A stretch of DNA of 64,000 nt from NCBI GenBank assembly GCA_016192455.1, contig JACPUC010000007.1:194720-258719 (forward strand), given 5' to 3'. The notes under the pieces are model-generated. The model searched no databases and had not been told where the DNA came from. It saw nothing but the letters and a program-made list of their open reading frames with translations. Made by a program: the position numbers and the translations under genes. Below, piece by piece: positions 57,591-64,000 of the stretch; the first letter of the stretch is position 1; the number at the start of each line of letters is the position of its first letter. The stretch is from Candidatus Tectimicrobiota bacterium (GTDB lineage Bacteria > JACPUC01).

Positions 57591-59033
57591 TTAGGCCGCA
57601 GCCAGCACGCCGCTGAGGTTCAGGATGAGATCGGCGAAACGCTCCGCCGTTGCCACCTCGATGTCCTCCGGAACTCGCTGCCCCGTGGCCAGGTACGAGA
57701 CCGGCTTCGCCGCCCCCACCGCGAGGTTGAGGAGCGTGCCGAAGCTTTCCGCCTCGTCGAGCTTGGTGAAAAGGAGACGGCTGTACCCCAACCGGCTGAA
57801 CCGGCGCACCGTGCCGTGCAGATTGGCGTCGCGCGTGGTGCAGCTTAGGACAAGGTGCACCTCGATGGCGGGAACTGCCGCAAAGCAGGCCTCCAGCGCC
57901 TCCAGTTGCTGATCATCCCGCGGGCTGCGGCCGGCGGTATCGACGAGCACCAGGTCGCTCCCCGCGGCGGCCCGCAGCGCATGCTGAAACTCCGTGACGT
58001 TGCCCACCACCGCGACGTCAAGCCCCATGATCTCCGCAAAGGCGCTCAGTTGCTCGGCCGCGGCGATGCGAAAGGTGTCCACCGTGATGAGGGAGACGCG
58101 CTGGCTCTGCTGCAGGTGGTACTCCGCCGCAAGCTTCGCCACGGTCGTCGTTTTCCCCACTCCCGTCGGCCCCACCAGGGCCACCACGCGCTGCTGCTTC
58201 GGGCGCAGGGCAATCGGCCCCGACACCGCCACCAGCTTCATCACCTCCTGGGCGAGGAAGGCCTTGCCATAGACGTCGCCGAGCCAACCGCGCTCGCCAT
58301 GAGCCTGGTAGGCACGGCTGAGCCGATCGAGGAGCTGCTCCGCCAGGTTCGCCTCCACGCCCTGCTCAGCCAGGAGGCTGACAAACGGCTGCACGAACGG
58401 CTGCACGAACGGCTGGCGACCCCCGGCAGGCTCAGCACGGCCGGCGGCGGGCGCCACGGCAGCATCGTCACGCCGCTGCACCCCGGAACCGCCCACCGGG
58501 AACTCCAGCCGCTCGAGCCGCGCGATGACCTCCTGCGAGAGCGCCTGCCGTCTCCCCTTGCGGCGTGCCAGGGAGATTTCCTGCACCAGGCCCGTAAGCT
58601 GCGAGACTTCATCCTGGAGGCGTGGGGCTTGGGATGCCGCAGCGCCTGGAGTATCCAGCAGCGGCTGGCGGGCGTGCTCCGGCGGGGGGAACGCCTCCGG
58701 CAGGCCGCGCCGCAAGGTCGGACCTTCCGACAGGGTGGCCAGGGCAGCCCGGCTGACGAGGCGCTTCTCGGTTTCCCCTCGGCCGCCGGGTGCGGGAGGC
58801 CGCGCCGCTGCCACCTTCGGCCGCGCCTCGGCGGTCGGTGAGGGCGTCCTGGCGGTCGCCTCCTTATCAACGGCGGCGGTGACCTCAACGCGAGGCTTGC
58901 CAAAAATCCCCAGCCCCAGGGGGGTGCCGCGGGAGGTGCGAGAGGAAAGGATCACCGCATCCTGGCCGAACTCAGCCTTCACCAGGCGCAACGCTTCCTG
59001 CATACTCGACGCGCTAAATTTTTTGACGTGCAT
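57591..59033 (-). CDS. flhF: SRP-type GTPase FlhF
   Basis: M.VKKF.A.SMQEAL..VK..G.DAVIL; GPTGVGKTTT; DTFRIAA; DTAGRS; TKLDE; GQRVPEDI. Confidence 0.96.
   Translation of the reverse strand: MHVKKFSASSMQEALRLVKAEFGQDAVILSSRTSRGTPLGLGIFGKPRVEVTAAVDKEATARTPSPTAEARPKVAAARPPAPGGRGETEKRLVSRAALATLSEGPTLRRGLPEAFPPPEHARQPLLDTPGAAASQAPRLQDEVSQLTGLVQEISLARRKGRRQALSQEVIARLERLEFPVGGSGVQRRDDAAVAPAAGRAEPAGGRQPFVQPFVQPFVSLLAEQGVEANLAEQLLDRLSRAYQAHGERGWLGDVYGKAFLAQEVMKLVAVSGPIALRPKQQRVVALVGPTGVGKTTTVAKLAAEYHLQQSQRVSLITVDTFRIAAAEQLSAFAEIMGLDVAVVGNVTEFQHALRAAAGSDLVLVDTAGRSPRDDQQLEALEACFAAVPAIEVHLVLSCTTRDANLHGTVRRFSRLGYSRLLFTKLDEAESFGTLLNLAVGAAKPVSYLATGQRVPEDIEVATAERFADLILNLSGVLAAA
58381..58416 (-). repeat. 12-bp tandem repeat x3 in the flhF linker
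   Basis: Encodes QPFV-QPFV-QPFV. Confidence 0.8.
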
Positions 59034-59034
59034 C

Positions 59035-61092
59035 TTAGAGACTCACCACCCCAAGGGTTTGGACCTTCGCCGACGGTGCGACCTCATGATGTGAGAGGAT
59101 CGCCAGGTTCGGCAGGAACCGCTCTGTCAGTCGCTTGAGCTGACTACGAATCGTGGGGGCGGAAAGGATGACCGGTTGCGCCTGCAGCCCGGAGAACTGC
59201 TCGAGCGCCTGGGAGAGTTTCCAGATGAGCTGTTGCGCCACCGCCGGCTCGAGCGCCAGGTAGGAGCCGTGCTCGGTGCGCTGAATCGCCTTGGCGATCG
59301 TCGTCTCGAGCTTCGGATCCAGGGTGAGGAGGTGCAGGTTCCCGTCCGTCGCCTCGTACTGCTTCGTGATGCTCCGCGACAGCGCCTGGCGCGTGCACTC
59401 CGTGAGGAACTCGGCATCCTTCGAGGTCAGCGCCACATCGGCGAGGGTCTCCAGAATCGTGCCGAGATCGCGAACGGAGACCCGCTCCCGCAGCAGGTTC
59501 TGCAACACTTTCTGCACCTGCCCCAGGGTCAGGAGGTTCGGGATCAGCTCCTCCACGACCTTGGCGTTCTCCTCGCGGAGGCGGTCGATGAGCCGCTGCA
59601 CGGCCTGGCGATCCAGGAGCTGATGGGCATGCTGCCGGATGAGCTCGGTGATGTGGGTCGCCAGCACCGTCGAGGCGTCCACCACCGTGTAGCCGACAAG
59701 CTGCGCATGCTCTTTCTGTGCCTGGGTGATCCAGTAGGCGGGGAGACCGAAGGCGGGCTCCGTGGTGGCGAGCCCGTCAATGGCGCGCGCCCCGGCGCCA
59801 TGGTCCATGGCCAGGTAGTGATCGGCGAGGAGCTCGCCCCGAGCGATCTCGGTAGCGCGCAGATTGACGCAGTACTCATCCGGGCGCAGGCGCAGGTTGT
59901 CGCGAATGTGGATGGGCGGCACGACGAGACCCAGGTCCTGGGCGAACTGGCGCCTGATCGATTTGATGCGCTCAAGGAGATCACCGTGTTGCTGCGCATC
60001 AACGAGGGGGATCAGGGCGTAGCCGATCTCCAGGGCGAGGACATCGATCCCCAGCAGGGTTTCCACCGCCTCCGGAGCCTGGGCCGGCGCCGCGGCGCGC
60101 TCCTTCGCCCGCTGCAGCGCGGCCTGCCGCTGGCGCTGATGCAGGAAGTACGCCACGCCGCCGGTCACCGCGGCCAGGCCGAGGAAGGGCACCTGGGGCA
60201 GGCCGGGCACCAAGCCCACCGCCGCCAGGACGCCCGCCGCCACCCCCAACGCCCGCGGCTGGACGAGGAGCTGACCGATGATATCCTGGCCGAGGTTCGA
60301 CTCGGAGGCCGCGCGCGTCACCACGATGCCGGCCGCCGTCGAGGTGATGAGGGAGGGAATCTGGCTCACCAAGCCGTCGCCGATGGTCAGGATCGTGTAG
60401 TTCGTCGCCGCTGTGGCAAGGCTCAGGTTGTGCTGCAGCACCCCAACGATGAGGCCGCCGACAATGTTGATGACGGTAATGACGATGCCGGCGATGGCGT
60501 CGCCGCGGACAAACTTGCTCGCGCCATCCATGGCGCCGTAGAACTCCGCCTCGCGGCTGATGGCGCGCCGACGCGCCCGGGCTTCGTCCTCGTTGATGAG
60601 GCCGGCGTTGAGGTCCGCATCGATGCTCATCTGCTTGCCGGGCATGGCGTCGAGGGTGAAGCGCGCCGCCACTTCGGCGATCCTGCCGGCGCCTTTTGTG
60701 ATGACGACGAAGTTAATGATCACCAGGATGGAGAAGATGATGAAGCCGACGATGTAGTTGCCGCCGACGACGAACTGCCCGAAGGACTGGATGACGTGGC
60801 CGGCGGCGCCCACCCCCTCATTGCCGCGCAGCAGGATGAGCCGCGTCGAGGAGATGTTGAGGGTCAGCCGGAAGAGGGTGACAAGGAGGAGGACCGAGGG
60901 AAAGACGGAGAAGTCGAGCGGCTGATTCACGTACATCGCGATGAGCAGGATGAGGAGGCTCAGGGTGATGCTGAACGCCAGAAAGGCATCGAGCAGGAAC
61001 GGGGGCATCGGGATCACCATGAGCAGGAGGATCCCAATAACCCCGATGGCTATCACTGCGCCGCTGTAGCTGGAGACGCGTGAGGTGGCCAT
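59035..61092 (-). CDS. flhA: Flagellar export apparatus FlhA
   Basis: ITKGAGRIAEVAARFTLDAMPGKQMSIDADL; FYGAMDGASKFVRGDA. Confidence 0.98.
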   Translation of the reverse strand: MATSRVSSYSGAVIAIGVIGILLLMVIPMPPFLLDAFLAFSITLSLLILLIAMYVNQPLDFSVFPSVLLLVTLFRLTLNISSTRLILLRGNEGVGAAGHVIQSFGQFVVGGNYIVGFIIFSILVIINFVVITKGAGRIAEVAARFTLDAMPGKQMSIDADLNAGLINEDEARARRRAISREAEFYGAMDGASKFVRGDAIAGIVITVINIVGGLIVGVLQHNLSLATAATNYTILTIGDGLVSQIPSLITSTAAGIVVTRAASESNLGQDIIGQLLVQPRALGVAAGVLAAVGLVPGLPQVPFLGLAAVTGGVAYFLHQRQRQAALQRAKERAAAPAQAPEAVETLLGIDVLALEIGYALIPLVDAQQHGDLLERIKSIRRQFAQDLGLVVPPIHIRDNLRLRPDEYCVNLRATEIARGELLADHYLAMDHGAGARAIDGLATTEPAFGLPAYWITQAQKEHAQLVGYTVVDASTVLATHITELIRQHAHQLLDRQAVQRLIDRLREENAKVVEELIPNLLTLGQVQKVLQNLLRERVSVRDLGTILETLADVALTSKDAEFLTECTRQALSRSITKQYEATDGNLHLLTLDPKLETTIAKAIQRTEHGSYLALEPAVAQQLIWKLSQALEQFSGLQAQPVILSAPTIRSQLKRLTERFLPNLAILSHHEVAPSAKVQTLGVVSL

Positions 61093-61126
61093 AGCCTCAT
61101 CTCTCGTGCTGCAACGCCGGCAAGGG

Positions 61127-62194
61127 TTAGGAGACGGCCTTGCGTTTCAGGCGGTAGACGTACGCGATGACTTCGGCAACCGCCTTGTAGAGGTTCACCG
61201 GAACGGCGTGATTCAGCTCGGTGCTGTCGTAGAGCGCCCGGGCGAGGGGTTGATTCTCCACGATGGGGACCCCGTGCTCCTGGGCCACCTCCCTGATCCG
61301 CAGGGCGAGGTGGTTGCGTCCCTTCGCCACCACCTGGGGCGCTTCCATCTTGCCGCGCTCGTAGAGGAGCGCGACCGCGACGTGGGTGGGATTGGTGACG
61401 ACCACGTCGGCTTTCGGCACCGCCGCCATCATCCGCCGTCGTGCCATGTCACGTTGCAAACTGCGTACCCGTGCCTTGATGTGGGGGTCGCCTTCGCGCT
61501 GCTTCGTCTCGTCCTTGACCTCCTGCTTGGTCATCTTTAGGCCGCGCTCGAATTCCCAGCGGCGCACGCCGTAGTCGAGAATCCCAAGCAGGAGGAGGAG
61601 GGCGCAGACGCGCCAGATCAACTGCGAGGAGACCGTCACGATGTAGCGCGCGATCTCGGTGACCTCGAGCATCGGCAGCGTTGGGATTCTGTCGATTTCG
61701 CCGCGCACCGTCACGTAACCGACATAGCCGATGATGAGGATTTTGATGAGCGACCTGCCCAGTTGGAGGAGCGCTTCCTTCGAGACGATGCGGCTGAACC
61801 CCTTCAGGGGATTGATCCTGTCGAAGCTCGGGGCGACAGCCTGGGTGCTGAAGAGGAGCCCGACCTGGAGGAAGTTGCTGCCCATCGCCGCCACGGTGAC
61901 CGCCGCCAGCACCGGCGCCAGCATGATCGCCAGTTGCAGGAGGAGCGTGTGCATCAGCTCGTTCGTCTGCGCGGCGCCGAGCTGCATCGAGGCCAGGTTG
62001 CCGAAGAGCTGGCGCCAGAGCTCGCCGAGTCTGCCGACCAGGTGATCGCCGTAGGCAACAAGGACGGCGAAGCCGGCGGTCAGCACCAGCGCCGAGTTCA
62101 ACTCGAGGCTCTTGGCAACCTTCCCCTTGCGATGGGCTTCCTCCCGTCGTTTTGGAGTAGGCGCCTCGCTCCTTGCCTGATGCTCATCTGGCAC
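61127..62194 (-). CDS. flhB: Flagellar export switch FlhB
   Basis: E.PTPKRREEA..KG.V.KS; KMTKQEVKDE.K..EGDP; NPTH autocleavage motif. Confidence 0.97.
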   Translation of the reverse strand: MPDEHQARSEAPTPKRREEAHRKGKVAKSLELNSALVLTAGFAVLVAYGDHLVGRLGELWRQLFGNLASMQLGAAQTNELMHTLLLQLAIMLAPVLAAVTVAAMGSNFLQVGLLFSTQAVAPSFDRINPLKGFSRIVSKEALLQLGRSLIKILIIGYVGYVTVRGEIDRIPTLPMLEVTEIARYIVTVSSQLIWRVCALLLLLGILDYGVRRWEFERGLKMTKQEVKDETKQREGDPHIKARVRSLQRDMARRRMMAAVPKADVVVTNPTHVAVALLYERGKMEAPQVVAKGRNHLALRIREVAQEHGVPIVENQPLARALYDSTELNHAVPVNLYKAVAEVIAYVYRLKRKAVS

Positions 62195-62348
62195 TGCGAC
62201 TCATCCCCTCGCCTGGGCGGCATGCCGCTTCCCCGCCGCGGCGAACGACGATGCGCGCTCGCGGGCCCGCGGACGCGGCTCGAGGCGTAGCGCCCGGCCG
62301 CGCCGCCGCACCTCCTTCCCGTCCTCTCTCCCCGCGCCTCCCCGCCGG

Positions 62349-63140
62349 TTACGTCACCCTCCCCATGAGGTGGAGGAGCAGGGAGAACTGTTCTCCGAGG
62401 TTCTCGTAGAGGCGCTGGATGAGGCCCATGATCATCGGCAGCGAGGCCCCGAGTACGAGGAGCCCGACAGCGATGTTGAGCGGCATGCTCATGATGAAGA
62501 CGTTGATCTGCGGCACGGTCTTCGCCAGCAGTCCCAAGGCCACCGTGGTGAAGAGCAGCGTCGCCATGAGGGGGGCGGCAAGGTGCAGGCCGATGAGGAA
62601 CATCGCGCCGCTCAACCGCACCAGCGTTTCCATGAGCGGCTCAGACAGGCTCAACCCGAAAGGCGGGACGAGCTGAAAGCTCCGCACCAGGGCGTAGATG
62701 AACCAGTAGTGGATGTTCAGCGTCACGAAGAGGAGCATCGCCAGGACGTTCTTGGCCTGGCTGAGCACCGAGACCTCGCGCTGCGTCAGCGGATCGATGA
62801 CGTTCGCAATGGCCAGGCCCATCTGGAAGCCGGCGAGCTCGCCACCGAGCTGCACGGCCGCGAACAGCAGGCGCACGGTGAACCCCAGGATCGCGCCGAT
62901 CAGCAGCTCGGCGACCAGCGCGGGGACGAGCGCGAACGCCGATTGTTGCAGCGGCCACGCCGGAACCTCGATGATGGGGAGCAGCACGAGGCTGAAGATG
63001 AGGACAAACCCAAGCCTGACGTTCATCGGCATCTCGTTGCTGCCGAACACCGGCGCCAGCAAGAGAATCGCGCCAACCCGCGTAAAGACGAAGAGGAAAG
63101 TCAGGAGCTGAGCTGGTGAGAAGGTGAGCACATCCGCCAT
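62349..63140 (-). CDS. fliR: Flagellar export protein FliR
   Basis: ATG 63140 (MADVLTF..), 263 aa; R..APVF..GFQMGL..DP..PQINVF..PL. Confidence 0.95.
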   Translation of the reverse strand: MADVLTFSPAQLLTFLFVFTRVGAILLLAPVFGSNEMPMNVRLGFVLIFSLVLLPIIEVPAWPLQQSAFALVPALVAELLIGAILGFTVRLLFAAVQLGGELAGFQMGLAIANVIDPLTQREVSVLSQAKNVLAMLLFVTLNIHYWFIYALVRSFQLVPPFGLSLSEPLMETLVRLSGAMFLIGLHLAAPLMATLLFTTVALGLLAKTVPQINVFIMSMPLNIAVGLLVLGASLPMIMGLIQRLYENLGEQFSLLLHLMGRVT

Positions 63141-63208
63141 CGTTGTTCCGTTGCTCCCGAGCGCCATCCCAGAGCGCGCGGCACCCAACATGCCCATCCC
63201 CACGCTGG

Positions 63209-63224
63209 AGCAAGTCCTATGCCA
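63209..63224 (-). promoter_or_regulatory. Internal sigma54 promoter upstream of fliR
   Basis: Minus strand TGGCAT-AGGAC-TTGCT. Confidence 0.75.
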
Positions 63225-63541
63225 GGGGGAAAGCCAGCGGGCCCGCCACGAGACACCGGGGGCAACCACCGGCTGCCGGGGGGACGAGCACTTCCCGCCC
63301 CCGGCTGAGGGCGAGGACAGGGGCCGGAGCATGATTTGCCCACCCCTCGGTAATTTCCTCCCTCGCCCTTCGACCCCCTGGGGGCGATGTCGCGGCCGGC
63401 GCCCGCCCGGCGGCCCCGCGCACCGATCGCCAGGCGGCGGAGGTCCCGGCGTAACCCCGGCTCGAGGAGGCGCAGGCAAACCCCGCTGTGACGCCCCTCC
63501 AGGCGCCGGACAGAGGCGCCACGCCGCCGGGCTTGCCGGCC

Positions 63542-63811
63542 TCAGCGGATGTAGAGCGGGATGTTGGTGATGAGGTTGGCGGTGAAACTGGTGAGGAGGG
63601 CGAGCATCCAGGGGAGGAAGATCACCAGGGCGATCATCACCGCGATGATCTTGGGAATGAAGGTCAGCGTGATCTCCTGGATCTGCGTGACCGACTGGAG
63701 GATGGCAATCACCAGGCCCACAAGCAGGCCGGCGCCCAGGAGCGGCGCCGCGAGCAGGAGCGTGAGCTGCATCGTGTCGCGACCCAGGCTGACAACAAAA
63801 TCAGGCGTCAT
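63542..63811 (-). CDS. fliQ: Flagellar export protein FliQ
   Basis: ATG 63811 MTPDFVVSLGRD..QSVTQIQEITLTFIPK..PWM, 89 aa. Confidence 0.96.
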   Translation of the reverse strand: MTPDFVVSLGRDTMQLTLLLAAPLLGAGLLVGLVIAILQSVTQIQEITLTFIPKIIAVMIALVIFLPWMLALLTSFTANLITNIPLYIR

Positions 63812-63953
63812 CGGCACTCCCCACAGCAGGAACAGTCGCCGCGCCTTGCGGTGCGCCATGCGGCGCCGGCGCTTCATGTCGCCTCCCCGCCTCTGACCTC
63901 GGCCGCCGGTCTCTCCTGCGGAGAGGCCCCCGGCTGCCCCGCGCCCTGGAGCC

Positions 63954-64000
63954 CTAGCCGAAGCTTCGCACCAGCGAGCCGACGATGAGGTTCCACCCAT
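63954..64000 (-). CDS. fliP: Flagellar export protein FliP (3' end only)
   Basis: Manual translation ..GWNLIVGSLVRSFG-stop, the conserved FliP C-terminus, upstream of fliQ. Confidence 0.85.
   Translation of the reverse strand, partial: GWNLIVGSLVRSFG

Noticed and set aside
1-64000. CRISPR arrays, tRNA/rRNA, transposases, integrases, prophage or defence genes
   Set aside because: None recognised; the repeats found are protein-coding or short hairpins.

Overview
Very GC-rich bacterial chromosome segment; gene order and the sigma54/sigma28/CsrA-FliW logic resemble deltaproteobacteria-like lineages (taxonomy is inference only). Positions 1-14.6 kb are accessory: a partial EamA transporter, two tandem paralogous secreted Ig-repeat proteins, a frameshifted Zn-dependent dehydrogenase divergent from a homocysteine-S-methyltransferase/class-I methyltransferase fusion plus a FIST protein, a cNMP-FHA protein and a small acidic zinc-ribbon protein. 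Positions 14.7-64 kb are a minus-strand flagellar cluster, in transcription order: fliP(partial)-fliQ-fliR-flhB-flhA-flhF-flhG-orf-fliA-cheY-fliL, a CPA2 antiporter, orf/fliK-like/flhB-like, flgF-G-A-H-I-J-N-K-L-csrA-fliW, a ~15.5 kb glycosylation island (four multi-glycosyltransferase/TPR proteins plus a B12 radical SAM enzyme), then fliC, fliD, fliS, an FlgN/FliT-like gene and a PilZ gene. Several sigma54 promoters, a sigma28 promoter and a GGA-rich fliC leader are readable directly. No CRISPR, tRNA, rRNA or transposase was seen. Best novelty candidates: the HMT-methyltransferase fusion locus, the radical-SAM-containing flagellar glycosylation island and the paired surface proteins.
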